DNA from: Oopsacas minuta
Taxonomy: Eukaryota > Animalia > Porifera
DNA: 64,000 nt
Direction: 5' to 3'
NCBI GenBank assembly: GCA_024704765.1
Contig: JAKMXF010000014.1
Coordinates: 1 to 64,000 of the forward strand
How positions within the stretch are numbered: position 1 is the first letter of the stretch; every line of letters starts with the position of its first letter. The position numbers and the translations under genes are program-made. The notes beneath the pieces were generated by a model. It made no database searches, was not told where the DNA came from, and saw only the letters and a program-made list of their open reading frames with translations. Of the stretch, positions 11,801 through 24,742 are shown one piece after another.

Positions 11801-14800
11801 ATTCCGCTCTGTATTACGTGACGTCATATCTACTAGCTTTATATTGAAGCTATTCGATATAGTCTCTAAACCTCATTTCCTATATCAATGCCTAACTTTC
11901 GTATTTTCACTACAATTTCCATCTAATACAACACAGACCAGATCAACTACACAAAATGTAATAGAAAAACAATTTATCGATGACGTCACTTTAGAAACAG
12001 ATTCATTACCCTCGCTACGTGCGAGGAATTTAAAAGCAATGAATCGGAAAAGTAAATCATATGACATTCCAGATAGGTCATCTCGTTGCTTGGTTAGGAA
12101 GCATTCTCATTCCACAAAGGATTATACAGATATTGGTACTATGATAAAAGAGAGGAGAGGAGAGGTAGGTAGAGATGTTCCTCAGTCTGTCAATCCTAAT
12201 TCTATATCTATATTTGAGCATGAGCTAGTACAGGAGTCATTATCCTCTTCTTACTACATATACTCTATTTGGGTGAGTTATTAACTGTAACTGACATAAT
12301 ACAGAGTACAGTAGATATTGGTTATATGTTGTAACCTCTAGTGATAATATCAGCATGGATAGAATATACTGTCCCGTATATTTGATCAATAACGGACATA
12401 ACATTTCAATCGCAATAAGCAATAAATCCTTTATCCAATCCAAATAATGAATCCCGCTATTTCTTCAATCAGTTTTACATATACGTATGAGACAGATAAG
12501 TATGTCGAACAGCAGTTCTTGCTCGCTGTTCACTTTAAAAGGATCTGAATAGTCATATTACCTTATCAATTCCCAGTTATTGCTACTAACAAGTATGCCT
12601 AGACGAATACATTAGAAACAGAGATTACTATTTCTCACACAACCTTGCTAGGATATTTAGCATAGAGTTACAGTATACAGCTGGGTATTCCTGTGTTCCG
12701 TTACTCTTCCTATTCGTAGATTAGCCTTCACAACACCAATTTATTATGATATCTACAATTCTACATCTTTGTAGATCCCAAGGAGAGGGAACAATAATTT
12801 TCTTCATAATAGTTTTTTAGGGAGACTAACATATGCGAATTGTGAATTTGCGAACAATACCAGTATTCAGTAGATATTGGATAAAGTGTCTTTCAGTATC
12901 TGTCATATAATGAGAAGCTCTTCAATAATCACACTAGCTTTCATTACCTGATCCGACTTAACCGTTAACTTCGACAGCTCAATCTCAATTTGTAATTAAC
13001 AAATACTAAACTTTGCTAATTTTCATTAAAATTTTTCAAAATTATCAATATTAATATAAAGCTATAATTCAAAACTTAAATGAAGATAATGGCGAAATGT
13101 CATCTAAAGATCGTGACCGATTCCATCTCTGCCTGGATAGGCCTACCATTGCGTTCCTTATATTGTCACCAATTATATCCCTTCATGCTCTACTCTACTA
13201 CGAGTTAATTATATTGCAAGTATTTATTCAGAATATTATACAGATATACGTAGTATATTATTAACTGTGTGATCTCTATTAGGTACCTAAGGTGATTACT
13301 AATCGTTTCAATCAGTCAGATGCTTGTATAGTGAAGCACAGATTCAGAGAGTTCGAGCATCTGTATAGATCACTACAGAATTCTTGTAAAGAGCTAATGC
13401 GAGGTAATACTTAGTAATCAATGTGTGTATGTAGCATGAATATCGTGGAAAACTTTGTAAATTCTCATTACAGAACTGTTTCAGATTCTATTAGTTGAAA
13501 AGAGTCCTAGTAGAGTTAGAAGCTATCAAATAGTATACTAAGCTTCTGCTATTGTTCAGTAGTTGCTCTTATTTGAGATTATTCTGAATGTATAGAACTA
13601 CACTTGCATGCTATAATCCCCGGCTTCATATTTTAAATTTAGATAACATGGAATTGTCGGGATTTTGTATCCTATTAGATTCGTAGCTTTTGAAGGTTTT
13701 GACGCTTAAGGTGGAAACTCTGATAACAGAAATCTCATCTGGAATAATTCAAGGTTTAAACTTGGCAACAGGAAAATCGTCTTTGCATTTCATTATAACA
13801 AAGAATGGGTTTCTTGGATTATCATTGTTTTATCTAAAAGCGCTCGCTTTTTGACTTGTGAATTTCGGGAAAAATTTGGAGCGTCAAATTTAAGACTTCC
13901 TTTATACCGTTACATTAATATCCTGATCAGCTGATTTTGTATGGAAATGACAAGACAGAGCATATGTACGCAGCAATTGAGCACTTGTAATTTAGAAAGG
14001 TCTTCCCAAGATAGGGCGTTTCTGTATACATATTATTGTCGGGGATATTTCACTTTTCAGTGCTATATGAGCAAAGGCCATTTTCAGTCATCTCCCGTTA
14101 CATCGAATCTCAAGGGACAGCTATAATTACTACCAATTATATTTATGTTTCTTTGACGTTTTGGGATCTTCCATATTTGTACAACTCTCGATATCTATAT
14201 ATTGAGTTGAATTGGTGAAAGTTGTTTATCCTCGAAAGTGCTGTGTGTATCTTACAGTTTATGAAGCATTAATTTTCTTATTCTTGTACATTAGTTACAT
14301 ATTAATTAAGTAAGATGTTTGTTTGTTGTAGGTATTTCATTTCCAAGTAAACTTAGTCAGATACGAATTGGAACTCTCTCAAACCATTTTATAATGAGGA
14401 GGCGAATGTTGTTAGAGAATTTTCTTAAGGTATTTGACTTTATTTTGTCTAGGTATACCGACGAATACTTTCATACAAATTCATATTTATTCTTGAATAG
14501 TTTCTTTACGTCACTCGTAGTAGGTATATAGGTGTTTTCCAAGGTTGTGACCGGTCCAACCACATATGAGTATTAATGAATAGCAGCCTTACTGAATACT
14601 GATAATATTCGGATTCGGTTTGATCAACCCAATATTGAATTATTCGAGTAGGACATTGGTTTTCTAAGTAAAATAGCTATTTAGCGAGTCTTTATATCCT
14701 GTTTGATAGGCAATATGTGTAAGAGATCTGGTCTTACAAACAGCAGATGTACAGATCTTCCTTGGTATCTCTACCCGTAGGAAACAGGTAAGCATTATTA

Positions 14801-17800
14801 CTCACTCTATCTCAGTATGTGATATCCTTATTTTAGTGGTAATTATATTGTAATTAATTCAAATTACGTAATTTTAATTTTTAGGATATAGGAAAAGCGA
14901 GTAGTGTAAGCAGAGTAAGTAGAGTTAGCAGAGCTTGTAAGTTCACTAACTAGTATTATTGGGTAAGAGATATTCAAACGAATTATTAGAAAAATTACCT
15001 TTACGATCCCAAAACGCTTGAAATACATAATTCCTTCCACTAAAGGGGAAAATTAACTTCCATTATTGATGTCATTTCAATTTATTGTACTTTCTTTTAG
15101 TTAACGTTAATACGAGTGATTTTCCAGTTACACAGAATGTAGAGGTGATTAAGTGTGTTTTATATTACTACCGAGATTTTATATAAATTTTGTCTCTAAT
15201 CATTTCATCACCTAAAAGATATGAGAGATGTTCGCTTGACGAGGTTCCCGCTGTCCTAATTATATCTTTCCAAACTCTTATAGGATGTAGTATTAAAACT
15301 GAGAGTGTTTGTAACGAAACAACTTCTATTCTCTGACACAACAGAATCTTCACCTGTACTATCACTTGATCCAACAGACTCCTCATCTCCCTCTTATAGT
15401 ATTCACACCCATACAGATGATATTATTCCATTGAAACAATGTGTAGATGCTATGACTAAAGAGTTTTCAATAGCGCGGGTATTGCGTGACGTCACTATGA
15501 GTGTTCTTAATGGAGAAAATGTTGAAAGTAACAAGCGAGCAGGTGAATTAATGGGAGAGTTTCCTTTCACAAGTTCTCTTTACTTGTTCGGAGCTACTGT
15601 GCTTAGGAACAAACAACTATGGATTAATACAGAAACTTTTCTAATTCTCCTGTTGGAAATGTTGGGAGATTCTTCTACTAAGTTAGTCATTATTTTAACA
15701 TATTTAATGTGTGTGCTTTCAGGAATACCGTATAAGGGACTACGCTTCTTTCAAGCACCATATACGATATTTGGTTCAGCTCCTGGGGGATGCCCTAATG
15801 ACATTGAAGTTCTGCGACGTCCGCGAGTTCATGCGAAATCTAGCGCTCTAGCCTGGTAGAATGGTGCATGTATATTCTAGTTTTGATATTTTCTATTATT
15901 ATCAACAAGATGTTTGGCCCGTTCAAGTAAGCAACCTGATTGTTTCAAAGTTAAGACTTTATTGATGTACATATTGGAGGAATGAACGTTATTAATCTAT
16001 ATACATTGCATTGGATTACTTGTACTCATTAGTGTAACTAAGTCTAGGCTCCCGAATCAGGGAGGGAGAAGATGACTTCTTGCCAACTCGCCTTATAATT
16101 TGCATTGTGGCGGAGCTGATTGTGGGTGGGCGCACGAATTTCAGGGGGCCTATGCTTGTGCTTATATTTCAGCGAGTGTTAATGAAAATCTTGTTTACAA
16201 ATTCAATTTTTTCGGAATATAGATTGTTGAGGTTAGAGTTTGGTATTGGATATTATTAAAACTCCGTAAATTGTGTGACCCTAACAAACAAATCCTTAAC
16301 ACCAATTTGGCAAAGAATAATCATATTATCTCTTTACAGAATTCTACAAGGAAAGATGGAAGAGCTGAACACTGACAAGAGAATCACTACGTATTTTGAG
16401 ATGTTAGAAAGGAAGTTTTTCCCTGATGGGAAATTGCATTTAGTTAAGCCAGACTCTCTCAGCCCTGAGGAATTGAATCAAGCTAAATCTACTGCTTGTC
16501 AAACTATTTATACATTCATTCCAGGTATATATTGTGGATTTACTAATTGCTCGACATGGTGGTGTATATTTGTTGATAATTTGATGTAATCATGGGATAA
16601 TGACATGTGAGTTTAACCGATTACGGCTGAAGTTGAAAAGAAACATTAAATATTACTTCGATTTAACCAATTCCCGAACCAAAAACGAAATTTTCTCACC
16701 TTTTTGACGTCATAAAATCATACATTTATTCGGTTAATTAGAGAATTAGTCGAACTGTTACTTTTCGTTTTGATATATTCCTTTTGAAGGTTTTGAAATA
16801 TTTATATACACGAGCCTTTGGCTCGTCGCTTCGCGATGAACTCGGCGCATTGCGCCTTGAGGTATTCAACGGACAAACAAACAGACAAACAACAATTGAG
16901 ATTCAATAATATTGGTGTTGTTTACAATATTCAGATTCAGCATACTCGAGTATACCGGGTATAGTCGTTGAAAGTATGATTCTACCTCTATTTTGAAATT
17001 TGTTTACTTTATATTCATAAAAACAACAATAAATTTACATGAGAAACTTGAAATGCGAAATTCGGACTCAGCGTACTTTGTTACCCCAGGTAGCCGTTTA
17101 GAGCAAGGCTGTACGTATATTTAGAGATTTGGATAATTTGTTTACTTTATATTCATAAAAACAACAACAAATTTACATATGATTAATCCAAAAGTGTGAA
17201 AATCGGATTCAATATGTTCGATATATTTAGTTAAGTTTTATTAAATTCTATTTACTTCCGGTATAAACACGATAATACATAGTTATGCGACAATTTCATA
17301 ATTGCATACCGTAAATCCTTTCCTTGACAACGGACAAACAAACAAACAATAATTTTAGATTTATTAATATTGATTGTATGTAATCTCATATTTTCTGTAT
17401 TATAAATTCTATAAGAAATATTAGTTTGACATTTTGCATTACTTTTCCTTTCTAATATGCAAAGTTGTTATTATGCGATATATTTACCATATGCTTACTA
17501 AATACACTCTATGTCAGAGGTTCCCAACCTTTTCACCCGTCCCCTGTACCAATTTTAACACATTCTTTGGACCCCCTGCAGTCGTCCGTGGACCACTAGG
17601 GGAACATGAGCCCCAGCCATGGTTGGGAACCGTTGTTCTATGTCCATGAGAATACCTGGGATTTGCTAATAGGCGGACACCACTTTGTGTCAGTTTTCAA
17701 GAGGATTTCCCATTTCCCTCATTACACAATTACAATTATTAATTGCTATTAAAGAGATAATTTTAATTTTCAAACTTTATAGATTTGATTAAATCAGTGA

Positions 17801-20800
17801 TTGGAGATGATGAACTGAAGAAGGCTATAGCTTATTGTCTAGACTGTCTTTCTAACCAAGCAATGAATAGGTAAGATATATATACATTAGATAATGAGTA
17901 GCAATTATTATACTACTAGCGGACTTCGCTTGCTAGGTCGCTCCGCGATAGCTTAATGACTAAATATTTCTTGATGGCTTGGTTCGCTACGTGATCGGTA
18001 TTATACTCGACACTACGTTTTGCAGAATTTTTTATTATCTATGGTTCATCCAAATTTCATTTAATGGCCTTCTGTAGTAATACTGGAGCTACTTCGTGAC
18101 TTTTGGTTAGTAATCTGGGCCCTTTATGCCTCAGGTATTTAGAAATTCTATAATCTTTCGATAGTGGACAATTTGGAATTTTTTGTATAATAATGATGAC
18201 GTAATAATCTCATGTTGAGTTTACATTTGGCCATTGAGTGGTACCTGTGATTCAAATTTCAAACTTATTTCACCTATATTGTCTGAGCAGTGTATAATAA
18301 TGTGATTTTTCGAAAATCCAAATGGGTGACAATTACGTCATAAGTGTGAATTTTCGTCCAAGACTCAAATTTGTCCGAGCCAGGCCAAAAAAACCCCTGT
18401 ATACCAAAATCGGCCCCGAGTGTCTTCCAGTTTCTTCGATCAATTATGAACTTACAAACATATACATGCACATAATTGCGTTTTAATAGTTAGATTGGAA
18501 TCACACAATAATTACAACACTCATTTCTATAATTAGGCCTGAAGTACTGTTTTACACAATACGTAATTGTAAGATAATTAATTCAGAAGAATTGTAGACA
18601 ATTAGCATTCTTATGACACACAACTATAATGTGACCTGTGTTGTCTAGTGCTATTCCGGATGGACGATAGAACTCTCCGATACCCTGACCTTCCTTCCCA
18701 AACTTGTGTATCTGTTCTCCCTCCTGATTGAATACGCACACACAGTCATTATTGTAGTCACTCATAATGATGTTATAGTCTCTGTCTATGTCGAAACAGA
18801 ATGGATTGTTTGTTTGTTTGCCAACACCTCTAGTTATCAGTCTGTTGATTAGAACGTGATCTGAATTGAACACAAACATAGACGGATCACTCTTATCTAG
18901 CACCAATACTCTGTCTCTTGTAACCTTAACGTCACGTGGATGGTTAAACAAGTCTTTTCCTAGCATGGAATGGAACTTGAGTTCTTCAGTTAAGATTTGA
19001 ACTCTTTTATTATCAGAATCACATACGTAGACATTGCTATTTCTATCGGAGACATCTACTCCCTCTGGAAGGAAAAACTGAGCTTCTCCATTCCCTATAC
19101 TACCAGCACTCTTGATTAGTTTTCCTTCTAGCTCGTACTTATTAATGCAATGACCACACAATTGTGTAACAAACACATCATTTTCAGATATACAGATACC
19201 TATTGGTTTGTTCATCTTCTCACTGAACATGAAGAGATAGTCTCCGTTACTGCTAAATACTTGTACATGATGGTTTAACATTTCCGCTATGTATATGTTT
19301 CCAGTTTGGTAATGTATTGCTATATCTCTAGGACAGTTCATTTCTCCTGGAGCTTTCTTGTCTGACCTCTTACAGCAGTAAGCAGTAGGCAGCTGTTTAG
19401 CCTTGTAGTCAGGTACAACAGGCTTCACTTGAGGAGGGAAGGTGTGGGTGGGAGATATGTTAGTCTGACTGTTAAGCTTAATGCTCCCTAGCTGTTCTAT
19501 GTCAGTCTCGAATTGATTGTTCCATTCAAACTCAATACTACTGTCTGTCTCAGCTGTTAGTTCTGTTATCTTCTTGTTGATTACTGATATAACTCCATCT
19601 AGAATGTCTTTCAGTTCGTTATCTGTTAATGTATCTGTTGTCATTGATTTATTTGTATTCAAAGTCTCAACTAATTTATTCATTTTCTGAGTTTTGTTAT
19701 TATAATCTTTCTCGATTTGATCAATACGAGAGAGGAGGATACTCTCTCTGAGTTGTAGAGCTTCATGTGACTTCTTGAAGCAGTCTCTAATCTTCTTTCT
19801 ACTCTCTTTTATCTGAGCAATAAAAATTGTAGACAGTACACTTGCCATTTGTTACGAATATTTACTTTTGTGAAAATGAATAATAGTGAATAGAGCGACA
19901 ATATTACTTAAATATGGAATATAATTACTTTCAATATTGGTGAGACTATATTATTAGTTAATTAATAGTACATACTATAAGCTGTTCATGCCACTGAATA
20001 TAATTATCTATTGTGGTAATTTTAGATGAGCCATCCAGTGTATGGTAGAGATTATCCAGTGGAGTAGCGAGGTTGTGGTTAGTGGTTGCGGGGAGCTGAT
20101 ACGACATATCCTATTTCCGACATTTTCAGGGTGTTTCCTACTTTGAGAAATATCAAATCTATATCGATATTGCTCGAATATTTTCTAAAAAACTGACATA
20201 CAGTATAATACAATAATAAGGAAATGACATGAACACACTCAGAAGCATGTATACATGTTTGGTGCCTAATAATCTCAAATTTCAATCACCAGCTAAACTT
20301 ATCCAAAAGTGTAATCAAATATATTTTGTCTTTCCTTATGAAATATATTATTATTGTCAGCTGCAGCTGGTTACTGCTGTGCTGACTATATTATACTAGC
20401 TTTGTTTCGTTCTCAGTGGATTTTCTTTGTTTCATATTTTTCGTCTTCGTTCTACAGTCTTAACCCGTTTAACATTGAGAGCTTAATATTTTGTGAGATG
20501 CTTTTTTGTTGATCGGTGTACTCCTGTTTTAACAAAGCCCGATATGACGAACTCCAGTTATATCGAAGTGGTTATTTTCCCCATATGTAGCTTGAAAGTA
20601 ATGGATTGTAGTCCGCTTAGGGCCCTACGCTCTTGAATTTAGAAAACGTTAAATTTATCCCAATGCAAATACAGTCAACTCTTCTTTATTTGAATGCATC
20701 TGTTTCAGGCATTTTGTCCCGATTAAGCGGTGTTCCCATATAACCAGAATATTTCTAATAATAATAACCATTATATAGTGTAGTCATTCCTACACAAATT

Positions 20801-21287
20801 ACAAACTGGCGGATGCTTGAACTTTGGAACTTCAATCACCCCCTGAGGCTTCTAAAAGTAATACTACTTGAAGTGAATTGTTATTTCCTTTTATTTTGGT
20901 CAGTCCACTGTTTGTAAGGATAGATACACATAATGCAAGCATTTATAGGTATCCTTATATGGAAATTATCGTGTTTACCAAAATCTAAACTTCCTATTTT
21001 TCGCTCGATTCGTGGGGTTTGTCCCGATTTACCGAAAGATTGCGAAATCTAGCAGTCCGATTAACATGAATTATCAGCGAAATATCAGGTTATATCGAAG
21101 TAATATTCTAGTGGCCTTTCCTTCCACAAGATTTGAGTATTCCGTAATCCCACTGAATTATCTTAGCTTATTTCACTCTAGACATCTTCTCCTCAGATTA
21201 TTAGACATAATTCTACTGTATTTGGTACCAGAACTCACCGAAGATTCATTCCAGCAATCACTTGGCGTACATAATTCTAATCCATAG
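8894..21287 (+). CDS. Multi-exon PXA-PX-PXC (Nexin_C) sorting nexin of the SNX13/14/19/25 family
   Basis: Phase-consistent GT-AG exons: 8894-9101, 9792-10149, 11729-12272, 13283-13403, 14332-14429, 14710-14787, 14885-14914 (least certain), 15284-15681, 16340-16524, 17783-17870, 21182-21287 (738 codons). N-terminal hydrophobic segment; PXA (ISEWYTSIADN, HPALR, LRDVISTSFI..FDIVSKP); PX (VKHRFREFEHLYRSL, FPSK, RRRMLLENFL); PXC (FFPDG, NRHLLLRLLDIILLYLVPEL). The start is uncertain: in-frame ATG at 8780 or an upstream exon. Confidence 0.85.
16808..16915. repeat. Member of a dispersed repeat family, possibly Helitron-like and non-autonomous
   Basis: acgagcct(t)tggctcgtcgct(t)cgcgat.aact.ggcgcattgcgc recurs at 47592-47635. 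caacggacaaacaaaca recurs near 11598 and 17328. 17040-17180 matches 47685-47805 inverted. The class assignment is inference. Confidence 0.45.
17515..17635. mobile_element. hAT (Charlie-like) MITE in a sorting nexin intron
   Basis: TIRs cagaggttcccaacc / ggttgggaaccgttg; 8-bp TSD ctctatgt / ttctatgt (7/8). A related degenerate copy lies at 33359-33471. Confidence 0.8.
18583..19848 (-). CDS. Coiled-coil + NHL protein, paralogue B, nested antisense in the last intron of the sorting nexin
   Basis: 421-aa intact intronless ORF with the same architecture as paralogue A; lies within intron 17871-21181. Confidence 0.92.
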   Translation of the reverse strand: MASVLSTIFIAQIKESRKKIRDCFKKSHEALQLRESILLSRIDQIEKDYNNKTQKMNKLVETLNTNKSMTTDTLTDNELKDILDGVISVINKKITELTAETDSSIEFEWNNQFETDIEQLGSIKLNSQTNISPTHTFPPQVKPVVPDYKAKQLPTAYCCKRSDKKAPGEMNCPRDIAIHYQTGNIYIAEMLNHHVQVFSSNGDYLFMFSEKMNKPIGICISENDVFVTQLCGHCINKYELEGKLIKSAGSIGNGEAQFFLPEGVDVSDRNSNVYVCDSDNKRVQILTEELKFHSMLGKDLFNHPRDVKVTRDRVLVLDKSDPSMFVFNSDHVLINRLITRGVGKQTNNPFCFDIDRDYNIIMSDYNNDCVCVFNQEGEQIHKFGKEGQGIGEFYRPSGIALDNTGHIIVVCHKNANCLQFF

Positions 21288-21820
21288 TCCACTCTTGAAT
21301 CTCAACTGCGATTTTAACATTCAAATGCGTACAGATATTAGTCTATGCAATTTGTATATTTTGTTTGTATTCATTCTATGTTGGAAATTTTACTCTCAAT
21401 CAATATTATAATCTTGAATATTTCATAAATCGAATATTAAGCCCGATACACGATGCAACTTTGTCATTCAACAAAGTTGCATCGTGTATGATGGGCTTTA
21501 GCATCAGAACGAGCTCATTGTTTTTACATAGTTGTCCTGCAAATTTCATCTATTCAATGTATATTCCAGAAAAGCTAACGAACATTGCTTGACTGGTTCC
21601 TCCATTTCTGTGCAGGGAACGCACTCCATTTTGTGCAGCTGGGTAATGTCATGAGATAGAATTTGGTGAGCAGAAGGCTCCAAAATTGAGGATCACTTAC
21701 TCACAGCAATTTGTAACTCAATCGCCTTCGAACATCACCACCGTCTTGCATTAGTAACACTGATATACTTATAACTTAACAATATACATTGAACTATCAT
21801 TATGACGTAATACTCCCATT

Positions 21821-23202
21821 ATGAATAATTTCTATTTTTACATTAGCCTGAAAATGAAAAATATCTCTTCAGCTCTCAAATTCATAGCAATAAACATAGA
21901 TTATGTAGCCACAGGATATCGTCACGATGATAGACATGCATGTTCTATAGTAATGGTTGGTAGGAATGAGAAAACTTTGCTATCTGCAAAAATCAAACCT
22001 GATAAACGAATAGTAAGCTATCTTTCTCCATTAACTGGTGTCACCCTGAATCAATTGCCAAAGGAGATAAATTGATGTCTGTACTATCCAAAGTGAAATC
22101 ATTGCTTGGTCCTGATGTTGTTCTTATAAGTCACAAAGTAGCTGATCTACAGCCTCTTCAGCTTGATAAAAATCAACATTTTATTGATTGTGTGGATTTA
22201 TCACAGAATTTTAGCTATTACAGTCCTTATTACAATAATTATTCTATTTTCTCATTGTATCATCAAGCTAACACTCTTCTTGGACATGGTAAGTGTATTT
22301 ATATGTATACTTCTTCTGTGATAATGATACAATGGAACCTGCATAGTCCGACACTCGTTGAGACATGCAAATTGTGTCGTAACTATTGTTGTGAAGTTAG
22401 CAGCGAAATATTTCATGTCATACCTATTAACACCAAGCAATGTTGGCGAATTTCATAGAAATGATGTAACCAGTGGCGGTCCCAGGGGAGGCAACGGGGC
22501 ATTTGCCCCGGGTTTTAAATATTAGCCCCGACCTTGCCCCGGCTATAAAAAAATCCTGGGACCGCCCCTGATTGTAACAAGTTGACCTCAGATTTAAGAG
22601 TTTACCGAATTACGGAATGTTGCCCTGGTGGACAATAAGGTATTCTTGATTTTGGTATCCACGTAGACAAGTGCCTTTGGGGATTAAGCCCCCACTTTTG
22701 AAAGGTTGTCTACGATCCTGAAACGAAAATCCGTACTTGTAAGCTGATAATACCTCCTCTATATCACCATTTCCCAACATGTTTCACCTGTGTACTGTTG
22801 ACCACTAGACCAATCTAACACAATCTGTTGACCCCGTCCCATACTGGTATAGAATGTAATAAATTTTTGATATCCTGTTATCACACTGCTTACGTGCATC
22901 TACCACCAAGAGGTCCACGGAACCAGGTTGGGAACCTCTCCTCTACTCATGTTTACATATTGATTCGTCTATTAGGTACTCTTTCAATACCAGATACTTC
23001 AGAAGCATGCGCTATAGCAATGATGAAACTATTCAATAAGTTCTATGGCAACCCAATACTAACTCTACAGGCTTGTACAACTTTAGCAACAGTTAGACCA
23101 CCAAAGTCGTTTGCGAGGAAATTTAACTACACTTATGAAGGTGTATGTCTATCTTCTTTTAGAGAGGATTATTGTTCGTGTGGTGCTCCTATTATCAAGT
23201 AG
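21821..23202 (+). CDS. DEDDh/REX4-like exonuclease-fold protein with degenerate catalytic motifs and one frameshift (pseudogene or assembly indel)
   Basis: FIAINIDYVATG (cf. ALDCEMVG), IKPDKRIVSYLSPLTGVT, then after a 1-nt shift near 22044-22046 KVKSLLGPDVVLISHKVADL. Phase-1 intron 22289-22975. Last exon ends in C-x8-C-x-C (GVCLSSFREDYCSCGAP). Confidence 0.7.
22471..22570. mobile_element. 100-bp hAT-type MITE in the exonuclease-like gene intron
   Basis: 16-bp TIRs cagtggcggtcccagg / cctgggaccgcccctg (1 mismatch); flanks gatgtaac / attgtaac (6/8 TSD). Confidence 0.75.
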
Positions 23203-23488
23203 TTATTAGAAATTATTATCATTCTTATTATTCAAATATTGAAAATAAATATTTTAGACCGATCGATAGAGTATTTAGGTTTGGATGACTTTACTTAAAC
23301 TGTATAGTTACCCTGTGGCTCTTATTAACCCAGTGCGTATCGTGAATCGACACATTAAAATAATTGTATAGTCTTAAGCCTTATTTACAACGGTTTAGGC
23401 TATTGAATAGAATTATATTGTATATTAATGTAATATTGACTCTCTATTCACTGTTATTCATTTTCACAAAAGGAATTATTCGTGACAA

Positions 23489-24742
23489 ATGGCAAGTGTA
23501 CTGTCTACAAATTTTATAACTCAGATTAAAGAGAGTAGAAAGAAGATTAGAGACTGTTTCAAGAAGTCACATGAAGCTCTACAACTCAGAGAAAGTATCC
23601 TCCTCTCTCGTATTGATCAAATAGAGAAAGATTATAATAACAAAACTCAAGAGGTCGTAGCTTTGAACAAAGAAATGGTGCAAGCTACAGAGACTCTCTC
23701 CGCTAACAAACTTGCTGAAACCCACAAGCAAATTCGTTCAATTATCGAAACCAAAATAACAGAACTAACAGCTGAGACAGACAGTGTTATTGAGTTTGAA
23801 TGGAACAATCAATTCGAGGCTGACATAGAACAGCTAGGGAGTATTAAGCTTAACAGTCAGACTAACATATCTCCCTCCCGCACATTTCCTCCCCAAGTGA
23901 AGCCAGTTGTACCTGACTACAAGGCTAAACAGCTGCCTATTGCTTACTGCTGTAATAATTCAGACAAGAAAGCCCCAGGAGAACTGAACTGTCCCAGAGG
24001 TATAGCAGTACATTACAAAACTGGAGACATATACATAGCGGATTATTGGAACGATCGTGTACAAGTATTTAGCAGTAACGGAGACTATCTCTTCATGTTC
24101 AGTGAGAAGATGAACAAACCTATAGGTATCTGTATATCTCGGAATAAAGTGTTTGTTACACAATTATTTGGTCATTGCATTAATAAGTACGAGCTAGAAG
24201 GGAAACTAATCAAGAGTGTTGGTAGTTATGGGAATGGAGAAGCTCAGTTCGGCGGTCCACACGGACTAGATGTCTCTGATAGAAATAGCAATGTGTATGT
24301 ATGTGATTGCTCTAATAACCGAGTTCAAATTTTAACTCTAGAACTCAAGTTCCATTCCATGCTAGGAATCGACTTGTTCAAGTATCCACGTGACGTTAAG
24401 GTTACAAGAGACAGAGTATTGGTACTAGATGATAGTGATCCGTGTATGTTTGTGTTCAATGCAGATCACGTTCTAACCAACAGACTGATAACTAGAGGTG
24501 GTGGCAAACAAACAAACGCGCCATGGTGTTTCGACATAGACATAGACTATAACATGATTATGAGTGACTACAGTAATCACTGTGTGTACGTATTCAATCA
24601 GGAGGGAGAACAGATCCACAAGTTTGGGAAGGAAGGTCAGGGTATCGGGGAGTTCTATTACCCATCAGGAATAGCACTAGACAACAGAGGGCACATTATA
24701 GTTGTGTGTCAGAAGAATACTAATTGTCTACAATTCTTTTGA
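23489..24742 (+). CDS. Coiled-coil + NHL protein, paralogue C
   Basis: 417-aa intronless ORF, same family as A and B. Confidence 0.92.
   Translation: MASVLSTNFITQIKESRKKIRDCFKKSHEALQLRESILLSRIDQIEKDYNNKTQEVVALNKEMVQATETLSANKLAETHKQIRSIIETKITELTAETDSVIEFEWNNQFEADIEQLGSIKLNSQTNISPSRTFPPQVKPVVPDYKAKQLPIAYCCNNSDKKAPGELNCPRGIAVHYKTGDIYIADYWNDRVQVFSSNGDYLFMFSEKMNKPIGICISRNKVFVTQLFGHCINKYELEGKLIKSVGSYGNGEAQFGGPHGLDVSDRNSNVYVCDCSNNRVQILTLELKFHSMLGIDLFKYPRDVKVTRDRVLVLDDSDPCMFVFNADHVLTNRLITRGGGKQTNAPWCFDIDIDYNMIMSDYSNHCVYVFNQEGEQIHKFGKEGQGIGEFYYPSGIALDNRGHIIVVCQKNTNCLQFF

Noticed and set aside
2181-22075. Programmed ribosomal frameshifting in the GIMAP or exonuclease-like genes
   Set aside because: No canonical slippery heptamer or obvious downstream structure; homopolymer indels are the simpler explanation.
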